From: Andalucia godoyi And28
Lineage: Eukaryota > Protista > Jakobida
Assembly: GCA_009859145.1 (NCBI GenBank)
Contig: VRVR01000049.1
Span: 176,289-240,288 of the forward strand
DNA length: 64,000 nt
Direction of reading: 5' to 3'
Shown here: in pieces, positions 39,917 through 51,000 of the stretch
Numbering within the stretch: position 1 is the first letter of the stretch
How the letters are laid out: each line of letters starts with the position of its first letter
The notes under the pieces: model-generated
Told to the model about the DNA's origin: nothing
The model's input: only the letters and a program-made list of their open reading frames with translations
The model's database searches: none
Position numbers and translations under genes: made by a program

Positions 39917-42900
39917 ATGGCCGAGGCAGAAAAACATGTGGAGAAGCAAACGATTGGACTGACCTCGCATCACTTGATTGGATTCCGAAAGTCTGCGTCG
40001 GGAAGTGTGCATTTTCTTTCTGATGACAGCTTCACGTATGTGTCCGGTCGGTATGGATGCATTTATGAGGACGACACTCGGACGGTCACCCTGATGAATG
40101 GATCCTCTAAGAACATTCGCACAGGCTCCATTGCCGTCAGTGCAAACGGTCAGCGGATCGCTCTTCTGGAAATCCCAGAATTCTCGGTGGCACACGCCCA
40201 TTACCACTCTACCGTTGCCTCTACGTCAACTTCGTCCTCTTCATCACCACCTCCACCACCACCGCTTTCTGGTGCAGCAACATTTTCAGGCGCGGTGATG
40301 GATGCAGAGACTCCCCAACAGATCCGGTCGTCTGGCAGCGATGGAATATCCGGGTCTCAGGAAGCGCCGATGATCCGCGTCTACTCCAAGATCAAGGAGC
40401 TGAAACGCGTTCGAGCTCTTCCGATTCCCTCGGGGTACTACCGCATTCCTGAGATGTGCTTCTCAAAGGACGGGAATTTTCTGTATGCGCTGTGCACATC
40501 TCAAACGGAAACATGCATGGCGACGTGGCAGCTGGACAGGGCTAAGCTCGTGCACCAGGAGCTGGTCCCCGCCGACCAGTGCAGGATCAGCGTTCGAAAG
40601 AGCGGAGCAGAGACGGAAATCCTGACTTCTGGTCAGCAGATTTCTTGTCTGTGGAGAGCCACGATGGACGGGCTCAAGCAGTTCCCGCTGACGAGTTCCT
40701 CGCAAATTGCTGGTAGAATCGTAAGCCATTCGTTCTTTGGAGAAGACCTCGTCGTCATTGGGATTGACTCGGGGAAATCAGTCGTCTACAGAGGAACCGA
40801 GTGTGTGGGCACGTTTGTGATCCCTCCCGAGTCTGGCACCGTTGCAAGACTGAGCTGTCTGAAGGCGTATGCACGCGGGTTGATTGTCGCGACAGAAATG
40901 GGGTTCGTTCACGTATTCGAACTGTCTGCAGAGTCAACTTTCGTCCGATACAAATCCTTCTGGATTCCGTCTAAAGAGGCGGTGCTATCCGTGGACTACT
41001 CTCCCTCGCAAGAGTGGATGTCCTGCGTGACAGAGCACTCGAATGTGTATCGGTTTCCGCTGTCCAACGTCGACCTGCTGCAGGAAGATTCCTCTTCGTT
41101 TCGGCTCCTGCCGTTCAATCTCCACAGTGGCGCTATTTCTGACATTTCTGCGGCAACGCAAAAGCCACTCTTGATAACGATCTCGTCGCAAGAACGCGGT
41201 ATGCGCATATACGATTTTGTGAACAGGAAAATCGAAGTCACACGACAGTTTTCCTTTGAGGAGCCCGTGTGCTGCGCAATCCATCCCCTCGGGTATTTGG
41301 CAATCGTCGGCTTTCCAACCAAGATTGTAATCTTCAATGTGCTGATCAGCGATGCTGTCCCTTTTCACGAAATTCCTATTAGAAACCCTCGAATGATTAA
41401 GTTCTCCAACGGTGGACAGAGCTTTGGCGTTTCGTGTGCCAACTCGATTTACGTGTTTTCCACCCTGACCCTCGCTTGGATTCATCATTTCCGCGGGCAT
41501 TCTGGAACTGTCAAGTCTTTTTGCTGGGATCCGAATGACTCCCGGATGGTGTCTGTCGGGTTCGAGGGAGCAGTATATGAGTGGAATCTCGCAGCAAACA
41601 AGCGGAGCGACGATGAAAACTACACAAAAGGATGCGAGTATCTGGATGTCGTCTGTCAGACGGGCAAAGACGGCTCCTTCACCTCGGCAATCTGCAGCGG
41701 CTCCGACGGCAGAATCAAGTTGATTGAGAAAGGAGTGATTAAAACTCAGCTCCAGCTGCCCAGAGACTTGGAGGTTCGGAAGATGAAGTGGCTTTCCGCA
41801 GGTCAGACACTCATCGCCGGAACCTCCAAGGGTACGCTTCGACTGTACTCTTTGCCATTTGATCTTTCCCAACCTGCGGGAGAGGACATGGACGAAGCTC
41901 CGGTTTACGCAGCAATACACTATGCGGAACTTCCAGTCGACGTTTCTGCTGTCACCTCGCTGGCATTGTCCTTCGACGAACAGTATCTTTTTGTTGGAAC
42001 GGCAGACGCCTGTTTTTACACGTTCGACGTGACGGTCATGCAGGGCAGCAGGCCGTTGCCAAGGAAGCTGTTTGACTACAAGATCTTCTCGAAAGTTGCG
42101 ATGATTGACATGGAGAGCATGGAGGAGAAGACAGCTCAAATCTCGCAACTGACAGAAGAAATAGACAGGCGAGAGTCGGACCACAACATGAAACTCAAGA
42201 CGACAATAGAAAGCTTCCAGAAGGAACTTCGAGAGGTGGTGGATCGTGCTGTCCGCGAAAAGGAAGATCTTCAACAGCATCTCGACGATGTCAATCTCGA
42301 AAGGGTTACGCAAGTAAGTAGATTGGAGAAGGAACTCCAAAGCACCCACAAATCGTCTGCGTCGACCATTGAGGACATGGTCCAAGCCTATGAACGGAAG
42401 CTGCGGGACGCAAATGCAAAGCTGAATGAAGCGAAGGAGGAAAAGGATGATCTTCGTGTCGCCTTTGAGGACCGAATAGAAGCCCTGCAGAAGCGTCAGC
42501 AAGAAGAACTGGAAAACGTGCAGCTGGAGGCGAGATACCAAACCAACGTGGTAGAGGATCAAAAGTCACAGCTTGAGCAGGAGCTGGAAGCGGTGAAGGA
42601 CGAGTACAACGAGATCCTTCGTCAGGAACGGACCGAATACGAAAGCCAAGCCGAAGAGACAGCGCTAAAAGTCCAGTCTCTGGAGCAATCGAAAGCTGAG
42701 AACGCGACCACAATCAAGGCACAGTCTCTCATCAGCAAGAGAAAAGCAGATGCCTTGAAAGATGAGATTGGAAAAGTAAGCGCGGAGAAGGACGCAAAGG
42801 AAGTGCAGATTAATCTCCTTAAGGTGACGATCAAAGATCTGCAGACCAAGAACAGTTTGCTCGCCGAGGAAGTCGAAACTCGCGATCAGGTGATTGTTTC

Positions 42901-44008
42901 TAAAGAAAAACGCATCATGGAACTGAAGAAACAAACAACGGAGCTGGAGAAGCTTCGATATGTATTGTCCTATAAATTCCAGGAGCTGAAAAAGGAGATC
43001 GGCCCAAAAGAAGAGCAAGTTCAGGAGCTGGCAAATCGCATCCGCGAGATGGATGATGAACTGGAGCGCCTGGGAATCGACAAAGAGGCTTTGAAGCAGA
43101 GCATCGATTTGAAGACCAGCAAAGTGGAAACTCTACTGAAGGACATTTCCTGTTTCCGCGCGGTAGCAGAAGAACGACGGAAGGCCTTCGAGCATCTGAA
43201 GGAGCGGATTGCAGAGTGCTTAATGTCTTATGAGGATCCGCGGGTCATTCTCAAGAAAGTGAAGCAGCTGGTAGAAGACAGCGTGAACCTGGTGGCTCAG
43301 AAGAGACAAGAAGAGGCGCAAGAACGAAATGCCCTTTTTGAAGCTGAGCGACAACGGTCGTTTGTTGCTGGCAAGCTGGATCAGCTGTCGACTCTGGTGG
43401 AGAAAAACAAGAGCCGCAGCTCTTCCGATCTCCAGAAACGGCTGAACGAGAACGCGGCACTACTGAAGGAAGTTAATGACTTGCGCCACGAGAAACACGA
43501 TCTTAACAACAAGATTACTCAGCTTCAGACTCAGCTCCACAATACACAGAGTCAGCTCAGGTTGGCGGAAAATCACTCTTCCCCCCCGTCTTCCGTCTCC
43601 GCCTCCATATTTCCTCCAGCATCCTCTACAGGTTCGCGACCACAGTCGTCGTCTCGAGTTTCCTCGTCGGCAGGGACTGTTTTTGGGGGTTTGCGCACGA
43701 TGGCTGGAACTCCGGAAACGACGTTCGAGCAGTCACGACCGAATACATCTTCGTCTCAGCGACTTGTGCGTGGATCCAACATTCGAGCACTGAAAGACGG
43801 CGGATACGTTTTGGATAAGCTGCGAATTGCAGAAATGCTGAAGGTCATGGAGATGAACAATCTTGAGATCACCCGTCAGCGTGAAGAGATTGACATGCTC
43901 CGTGCACAGCTGTCGGGAGTCACGTCTTCTGCGATGGCCGAGTATGAGGAATCGGTGCGTGTAGCACCCGCAACTCCCGGAAAGAAAAAATCAGTGTTGA
44001 ATTCCTAG
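39917..44008 (+). CDS. CFAP57: Cilia- and flagella-associated protein 57 (WD40 + coiled coil)
   Basis: N-terminal WD repeats (HSGAISDISAATQKPL, CCAIHPLGY, FRGHSGTVKS, VGFEGAVYEW), then a long coiled coil with EKEKRI...LEKLRYVLSYKFQELKKEIGPKE; ATG at 39917. Confidence 0.88.
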   Translation: MAEAEKHVEKQTIGLTSHHLIGFRKSASGSVHFLSDDSFTYVSGRYGCIYEDDTRTVTLMNGSSKNIRTGSIAVSANGQRIALLEIPEFSVAHAHYHSTVASTSTSSSSSPPPPPPLSGAATFSGAVMDAETPQQIRSSGSDGISGSQEAPMIRVYSKIKELKRVRALPIPSGYYRIPEMCFSKDGNFLYALCTSQTETCMATWQLDRAKLVHQELVPADQCRISVRKSGAETEILTSGQQISCLWRATMDGLKQFPLTSSSQIAGRIVSHSFFGEDLVVIGIDSGKSVVYRGTECVGTFVIPPESGTVARLSCLKAYARGLIVATEMGFVHVFELSAESTFVRYKSFWIPSKEAVLSVDYSPSQEWMSCVTEHSNVYRFPLSNVDLLQEDSSSFRLLPFNLHSGAISDISAATQKPLLITISSQERGMRIYDFVNRKIEVTRQFSFEEPVCCAIHPLGYLAIVGFPTKIVIFNVLISDAVPFHEIPIRNPRMIKFSNGGQSFGVSCANSIYVFSTLTLAWIHHFRGHSGTVKSFCWDPNDSRMVSVGFEGAVYEWNLAANKRSDDENYTKGCEYLDVVCQTGKDGSFTSAICSGSDGRIKLIEKGVIKTQLQLPRDLEVRKMKWLSAGQTLIAGTSKGTLRLYSLPFDLSQPAGEDMDEAPVYAAIHYAELPVDVSAVTSLALSFDEQYLFVGTADACFYTFDVTVMQGSRPLPRKLFDYKIFSKVAMIDMESMEEKTAQISQLTEEIDRRESDHNMKLKTTIESFQKELREVVDRAVREKEDLQQHLDDVNLERVTQVSRLEKELQSTHKSSASTIEDMVQAYERKLRDANAKLNEAKEEKDDLRVAFEDRIEALQKRQQEELENVQLEARYQTNVVEDQKSQLEQELEAVKDEYNEILRQERTEYESQAEETALKVQSLEQSKAENATTIKAQSLISKRKADALKDEIGKVSAEKDAKEVQINLLKVTIKDLQTKNSLLAEEVETRDQVIVSKEKRIMELKKQTTELEKLRYVLSYKFQELKKEIGPKEEQVQELANRIREMDDELERLGIDKEALKQSIDLKTSKVETLLKDISCFRAVAEERRKAFEHLKERIAECLMSYEDPRVILKKVKQLVEDSVNLVAQKRQEEAQERNALFEAERQRSFVAGKLDQLSTLVEKNKSRSSSDLQKRLNENAALLKEVNDLRHEKHDLNNKITQLQTQLHNTQSQLRLAENHSSPPSSVSASIFPPASSTGSRPQSSSRVSSSAGTVFGGLRTMAGTPETTFEQSRPNTSSSQRLVRGSNIRALKDGGYVLDKLRIAEMLKVMEMNNLEITRQREEIDMLRAQLSGVTSSAMAEYEESVRVAPATPGKKKSVLNS

Positions 44009-44155
44009 AGTGAACTATCATACGACGACGAACGAACTATTTCCCCACCTTCTTTATCACTAGTATTATCATTGATGATGATGATGATGATCGTCATCAG
44101 AACGGCTGATCTATTAATCATCGCATACGTTGCATAGTGCGCAGTGTCGGACTCG

Positions 44156-44989
44156 TTATGTAGGCTGTTTAGGCGGCCTACTGGCTCTTGTCTTTCCAAG
44201 TCCTCCGCCCATTCTTCTTGGTAAAAAGTACCCGCGAAAGAGCCTGCCCCGCTCAATGTCCACAACCACTCGTCGTCCGTCAATTTCCATTCCGTTTGCC
44301 ATGGAATACGCGCGTTTGGCATCACGGTCATCCACATACTCTACGAATCCGTATCCTTTCGGCTTTCCAGTCGCAGAATGATGCACAACGGCCACCGACT
44401 TGACCACGCCGAACGCCTCAAATTCTCGCCGCAGCTTTCGATCCGTCGTCTCGTAAGCAAGCCGCGAAACCAGCAGAGTACACTGCGCATTGGATGGAAA
44501 ATCCGGATGCCATTCTTCAAGCTGCGCCCACCTCTTTTTTTCCAGCTCTGCAGCAACCTCTTCTTGCACTCCCGTTACTGTCTTGGGCTTTGCGCGTGTG
44601 CGTGCGAGTCCGTGTGATTCTGACTGTGGCGCAGCAAACGGTTCAGAATCGCTTTCTGTTCGCCGTCTCTTTGATTGTGGTGCTTGCATATCATCACCTC
44701 CACCAACACCATCACCAACGCCACCGGCACCAGGACCAGCATCAGGACCAGCGCTATCGGCCTTGTTCTGTACCACAGTTTCATTCTTTAAATATTGAAG
44801 AATTCCTGCTGTAGTGCACTGAGGCCGAAAAGGACGCTTTGCAACGGATACCGGCTTCAGATCATTCGCAACGACAGCAGGCTTCAGCGGCAATCGGGGC
44901 AGAAACAGCGATTCGACTGCCGGGGAGAGCCCACTTTCCGTTGGATACACCAACGCCATTGACATTTCAACCATTAATCTGTATGACAT
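44156..44989 (-). CDS. SNRNP70: U1 snRNP 70 kDa protein
   Basis: RRM TLLVSRLAYETTDRKLRREF...KPKGYGFVEY...IDGRRVVVDIERGR...PRRMGGGLG, with N-terminal LFLPRLPL. Confidence 0.9.
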   Translation of the reverse strand: MSYRLMVEMSMALVYPTESGLSPAVESLFLPRLPLKPAVVANDLKPVSVAKRPFRPQCTTAGILQYLKNETVVQNKADSAGPDAGPGAGGVGDGVGGGDDMQAPQSKRRRTESDSEPFAAPQSESHGLARTRAKPKTVTGVQEEVAAELEKKRWAQLEEWHPDFPSNAQCTLLVSRLAYETTDRKLRREFEAFGVVKSVAVVHHSATGKPKGYGFVEYVDDRDAKRAYSMANGMEIDGRRVVVDIERGRLFRGYFLPRRMGGGLGKTRASRPPKQPT

Positions 44990-45409
44990 CTTCTTCTCCT
45001 TCTTCTTTTTCTCTTATCAGCTTGACGCACTCTGCGAGTCGGGCAGTCTGCAAATAGTGCACTCGAAACAAAAACGCCAGCGCCAGCAACAACAACGCAA
45101 AGGAAAAAGTTTCCCAGAATTGTCTTTCTCACCCGCTGGACAATCCAAAAGCCTGTCGTAAGAATTTACAACCAGTGAAAAACGACACACGGCTGCGCTA
45201 ACGGTTCTGCTTTTCTTTTCGTCTTTTCTTTTTTGGGTTGAAAATTAATTTTTCAAAATGTAAACACACAAACGAACGTTTTTAAACTTAGAAGAAAGAA
45301 AGAAAAAAATAGAAAAAGAAAAAGAAACGTTCTAAAGAAATAGCTGAAAAGCCAAAAAGAAACTGTTTGGTTGGCGCGAAGTTGCTGGTACTGGGGGGTT
45401 TCGAAGAGG

Positions 45410-46936
45410 ATGGCGAGTCCGCAGGAAAAGATGCTTGAAGATTGTCGGCTTCAAATTGAGTTGCTGCGGAATGAGAATTCGCAGTATGTTCGGAATTTTG
45501 AAGAGCTCAAGTCGCATTTGCAAGATGCATTGGACTCGAAGTCCATGCTGGAGAGTGCGCTGAATGCCCAGCTGAGCCAATGGACCAGTGCGCTTGAGCA
45601 AAAGACCCAGGAAATCGATGATCTCCGCGCCAGAATGATTCCTGCAGAGGAGTTCCAGTATGTGTCGCAAAAGGTCGCTGCTGCAGAGGAAAAGTTGGCA
45701 GCGACTCGGCACTTTGAGCTGCAGAACATGGACTTTGCGGCGAGAATAGAGAGCTTAATGGAGGAAAACAAGAATCTGCGAGCTGAACAAGAAAAACTGT
45801 TTGTTGAAAAGGAGGACCAGGGAAGGATCATGAATCGCCAGCTGTCCGAATGCAAGTTGCATGCCGCAAAGCTGCAGTCCGATGGCGAGCACTGGAGACG
45901 ACAGACGCTGTATCTGGAGAAGGAACTTCAGGAGTCTCACCGCAAGTACGATGAATGCTCCATGTTGCTCATCGCGGCCGAAAATCAGCGGGATTTGAAT
46001 GCAGTTGAGGTGGACCGGGCGATCAAGCAACATCAGCTTTGTCGAGCCGAGTTTGAGCAGGAACGCAAGCTGCTGGAAGAGTCTCTTTCGAGATACCGGT
46101 CTGAGGTGGACTCGATCGTTTTGGACAGGATGAACAGGGCACGACTGTTGTTCGAGGACATTCAAGACGACGATCCAACGGTACCGTTGAAACGCAGAAT
46201 TGCTGATTTGGAGAAGGAGACGGCGGCTCGATTGACGGAGGCGTCCGAATATAAGCAGCTTAATGCATCGCTTCGTCTGCAACTGGCCAGCACAGAAGCG
46301 AGGAAAGCAGAAGCAGAGGCAGAGACGAAGCAGTACAGTGACATCGTCGGGCGACTGAAGAAACAACTGCGCGAAACCGAGGTTCGTTTGGTGGAAGTCG
46401 AGCGAGACGCGGAAGTGCTTCACGGCGAAAAGAGTGCGTGGTCCGACAAGCTGCATGAAAAGCAACGCGATGTCGAGGTTGCGCAGACTCGGATCGCGGC
46501 TTTGGACCTCGAGCTGCGCGAGGCTCGAGCAGCGTTAGCCGATGAGCAGGATCGACATTCTGAATCGAGGACCACGCTTCTGTCGGAGGTGTCCTTATTC
46601 AAGAAGCAAGCCAGCATGTACTCACTGCGTGTCGCGGATGTGGAAGAGCATGCTGCCAAGGCGACTGAGCTGTATCGCCGAATCATTGCGGGGTTGAAGA
46701 ACAAAAAGTCGAGTGCGTCGAATGCACTGGCGGCGGTGTCAGCGGAGAAGGACCATCTGAAGCGTGTTTTTGATGTGGAGAATGCAGCGACGCTAGAGCG
46801 GATGCGTGAGCTGGAGCGAACGGTTGACAAGCTCCGTCTCGTCCTGCGTCTCCATGCACCGCTGCTCTCGGAAAAGGATCCCGTGACTGGTGCACAGATC
46901 GAAGAAACGCTGAGATCCTTGTCCAGAACTGCCTGA
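45410..46936 (+). CDS. Long coiled-coil protein, possibly CEP83-like
   Basis: Heptad-rich throughout. The N-terminal QEKMLEDCRLQ...EQKTQEIDDLRARMIP only loosely recalls CEP83. Confidence 0.7.
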   Translation: MASPQEKMLEDCRLQIELLRNENSQYVRNFEELKSHLQDALDSKSMLESALNAQLSQWTSALEQKTQEIDDLRARMIPAEEFQYVSQKVAAAEEKLAATRHFELQNMDFAARIESLMEENKNLRAEQEKLFVEKEDQGRIMNRQLSECKLHAAKLQSDGEHWRRQTLYLEKELQESHRKYDECSMLLIAAENQRDLNAVEVDRAIKQHQLCRAEFEQERKLLEESLSRYRSEVDSIVLDRMNRARLLFEDIQDDDPTVPLKRRIADLEKETAARLTEASEYKQLNASLRLQLASTEARKAEAEAETKQYSDIVGRLKKQLRETEVRLVEVERDAEVLHGEKSAWSDKLHEKQRDVEVAQTRIAALDLELREARAALADEQDRHSESRTTLLSEVSLFKKQASMYSLRVADVEEHAAKATELYRRIIAGLKNKKSSASNALAAVSAEKDHLKRVFDVENAATLERMRELERTVDKLRLVLRLHAPLLSEKDPVTGAQIEETLRSLSRTA

Positions 46937-47155
46937 CACGGCACTAAAACCCCGTCCTCCTTTTGTACATACGGACGCATGCGCTGCACACCGGCAGCCC
47001 TTACTACTCTTATTATTATTTATTGTTAAGAATAATCATATACTGCACTTGACTAACCCAGGAAGAAAAAAGAGAAAAAAAAGCAAAGCACACAAACAAG
47101 ACAGGAACGTGCTTCCGCCACAGGAAAATTGGTTTATTTTCTTCTTCTGCATTTT

Positions 47156-47536
47156 TTAGTATCCATACTGGATCAGGTAGTCGGCGAGCTTCTCAACGGC
47201 AACGGCTGCACCTTCTGCAGTTCTGGGTGCCTTGTAAGTGGCGATGACGACACACTGGTTGGTCTTTGCCATGCAAACACCGTCCTTGCCGCTCTTTCCA
47301 TAAACAGACCGTTCCTCGCCCTTGATGGTCATGTACTTGGTGCCCTCGACGATGATGCCCGTTCCGAAAAAGTTGGACGGGGTCTTGTAGTTCTCGGCAA
47401 GCTTTGCAACCTCTGCTTCCGACAGATTGAAGTTTGCAGACTTTGCCCAGATGCCTCCTGCAACTCCAAAGATGGCACCGGCGTCGACCTTTCCGGTGCC
47501 CATCAACGACGAATCAACGTACTGCTGCCAAGACAT
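47156..47536 (-). CDS. PFN: Profilin
   Basis: MSWQQYVDSSLMGTG, GAIFGVAGGIWA, GIIVEGTKYMTI, AVEKLADYLIQYGY. Confidence 0.97.
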   Translation of the reverse strand: MSWQQYVDSSLMGTGKVDAGAIFGVAGGIWAKSANFNLSEAEVAKLAENYKTPSNFFGTGIIVEGTKYMTIKGEERSVYGKSGKDGVCMAKTNQCVVIATYKAPRTAEGAAVAVEKLADYLIQYGY

Positions 47537-47983
47537 GTTTGCGTGAACTCTTTCTTTTAGGAGCGATGCAAAAACAACAATAACAATGACAAAAAGAAGA
47601 ATAAGAAGAATAAGAAGAATAAGAATAAGAAGAAGAAGAATAAGAAGAAAAAAAAGGAAAATCGACGCCCGGCCAGCTCTGGGATGCTTTGTCGGGCAAA
47701 AAGGATGTGCAGCAGCAATTGCAAGTCAGAGGGGAATGGGTTGGTTTGGGTGGGGGGGACTCTTTGGGGTAGGATGGTGAGTAAAGGACCAAAGTGGAAA
47801 CAGGTGTCCCTCACCAATGCAGGTCAGTTGCAAGTTGTCACTTGTCAGTAGGTTCAAGTTTTCTTTCCGGTTTCCCCTCTTTCTTTTTGACAGCTCTGAC
47901 AGCTCTGACAGCAGAGGTCGGCCTGCTCGTACGCTCTCCCGTCATCTACAGTAGACATGCCTGTTCCGTCCACAGGAACGAGA

Positions 47984-48017
<34 letters not shown>

Positions 48018-48056
48018 AAGGGAATGTTGTTTATTCGAAAGGGGTCCACTGGTAGG

Positions 48057-51000
48057 TTAGTACGGCTTCGCACCGGGGCGGGAGCTCTCCTTCTCCTTCT
48101 CCTCATCCACCAGCTGCTCAACACGCTCCCAGTCAAACGCCGTGGTCTGCGAAACTTGCAGAAATCGAGGCAGCGTCTCCTTGACGACGACCACGGGCTT
48201 TTGAGACGAGGGAATCGGATTTCCCTCTTCATCGAATTGCTGTTCTTCAGCAGCGGGAGAAACCCCCGCCTGACGTTGACGCATCAGATGCATCTGCTGC
48301 AGCTTCGCCAGAGATTCGAGGTACCGAGAGCGGTGAGCAAGCACGGTTTCGACGTGCTGCCGCTTCGACACGGCAATTTCGAGGGCACGATCCCAGTGGA
48401 ACAGTCGGATGTGAGTCTTGATCGCACGATACACCAGACCAGCCTGCAAAAGAACATGTTCCGCTTCATCTGCAGCTCGTCGAAAGACAGCCATTTCCGC
48501 CAGTCGCCCCTCGGGAGTCGGAATGTCTTTCACGTGGAGAATGTATTGCACACGGTCGGCAATCCCCAGCGAAGCATACGCAACTTCGGCGGAATTTAGC
48601 TCGCCATAGTGGACCGCAAGACCCGCAAGGGTTGCCCATAAACAAGGCTCGCGGAAGAACCGACACAGTCGAACTGCCGATTGCCAGTCAAAGCCAGCAC
48701 CCTTCTTGTTCGAAACATACTGCACGAAGCACGCATGCAAAACAGAGGCAAAAGAGACAGCTGGCATCCAGACTGAAAACAACGTGCCATCGGTCCGTCG
48801 AATTTGAATGAGGCCATTGGCAGAAGCGAGAAACGAAGAGGCGTAAGGGGACAGCGACACATTCGACGAGGAAAAAACAGTGCGCTTCAACATACTGCTT
48901 GCCGAAAACGACTGCACCACCGCCAGCCTTCCCATCTCGGTGGCAGGCCGGGCGATTTTAATGTGCTGCAACAAGTCGCGATCATCAAACACAACCGTTG
49001 GTAGAGAAAACACAACAACTTGGCCGTCCGCAAGCGCAGCAATCATCGGGTAGTCTTCGTGCCACCGCATGGAATCTACCATTGTAGCCAGTTTGACTGG
49101 TTGCGGAATTGAGGATGCAAACGTCGTGCCGATGGAAACAGAAGAGGATGCACCAAGCAGGAGAGTAGAGCAAGATGCAGAAACTGGAAGAGTGCAAGTC
49201 GTTGCAATGTACAAGTCACGATTTCGATCAATGAACGCAACAAACTGACCAGTTCGATCCAGGGCCAAATCCTGGACATCCATATGGTGTCTCACTGTCA
49301 CGCACGATCCCGGAAAGACCGACGGTGGGACAATTGGATGCTGTTGGACAGAAGAGCCCCCAACACTGGAAGACGTTGAAGAGACGAAAGGGAGGGGCGC
49401 ATCATAAAAGCGAATACATTTCGGATCCGATCTGTCCAAGCACGCAACCAATGTTTCTCCCAAGACGATCTGCTGAGAATTCCAAGAATACTGCGCCAGC
49501 CCCGTGCCCTGCCCGCCCTGTTGTTGGTTTTGTTGCTGCTGCTGCTGTTGAACAATGGGCGCAGGCTTCGCTGCAACCAGCGGAATGACCTTGCCGTTCC
49601 ACGAGACACACGTGACTCCCGACAATGTAGAATTCGAAGAGGGCGTACCGGAAGCGCCCGGGACACCCGATCCGGGTGTGTTAGCATCAACACACAGAAT
49701 GCCTCGCGGACCGCAAACGATCATGGACGGTGGCAGCACTGCTGGATTGAGATCTACAACATGCGGGGAAGTCCACGGATTCATTCCGATTTCCTTTTTC
49801 CCGCCTTTGGCATTCGAAGACCCCTTCCACGAAAGAGGATTCTCTGCAGCTTCGAGAGACGTTAAGTCATAAAGAAAGATTTGAGAAGTGGTCATGATCG
49901 CAATATGGTCAAAGCCAGCCGACATTCGCAGCACAGGATCCTTGAAAACCAGCTCCTCTTCAATAGCAGGGCCATTGTTTCCCGCGAGCGCAGCCGTCTG
50001 CTTCGCAGATGCGCCCTTGCTGGATGCGGTAGAAATCACGGAGTTTGGTGCAGCAGCAGGATTGGAATTGACATTCTCATCATAGCCACCATACTCGTTG
50101 GATGCAGGAGGCACAGACTGGTGATGCCGATGGCAAACTTGAACAGCCGTTGCAGAAGCCTGCGTAAGGACGAAGTCCTTGTATTCCAAAGTACGATGCA
50201 CGATCTTGGCGAAGACGACATGTCCGGAAGACGACGCCGCTGCAAGCGTCGCGCCGTCCGGAGCCCATGCAATAGAATACAAGGAGCCAGTAGACTGGAC
50301 CCCGACCGTATTTGATGAGGCGATTCCGGAAGGAGACTGTGAGACAGACGGGGAGGCGCTGGCGGCAGAGCTGAAAGATCCCGCTGAAATTGTGGATTCC
50401 CGTGAATGGCACCATCCAGCTGCGTCGCACAGGATCATTGTGTTGAATCCACCCACTGCAAACAGCGCTCCATCCGGAGACCACGAAGCAGAAGTGATGG
50501 CCATCGGTACCGGGATAGGCGCATTGGCAAGAAGCGTGAGCGGCGTAGATACGGAATACAAACAGCGGCCATACGGATCCCAAACCTTGTAACGCCCATC
50601 CTCTCCGCCAGACACAATTTTTTGGTTGACTGGGGACCAGTCAAGTGCCAAAACGCACCCATCATGTGCCTTCCACTGGATTCCCTTTTGCGACGCTTGC
50701 AGGGGTTTCAGCATGATATCCTTTCCGCGCCCCAGAGCCACAGTGTCGTTATCACGAGACCAAGCAATGGTGTAGACGCTGCTCACCACACTGCTGGTTG
50801 CATTGGTGCTGGTGCTGGTACTGCTGGTAGTCTGATTCACATTGGAAGATGTTCCGGAGACCAACACCATTCGCAGCTGTCCATTTCGAGACCAAATCTT
50901 CACAAAGCCGTCCTCTCCCCCCGTCGCCAAAGCAGAGCCATCGTGGTTCCACTTGATTGCGGTTGTCGCGCCCGCATGTGCAGCCTTTGCACCTTCCACT

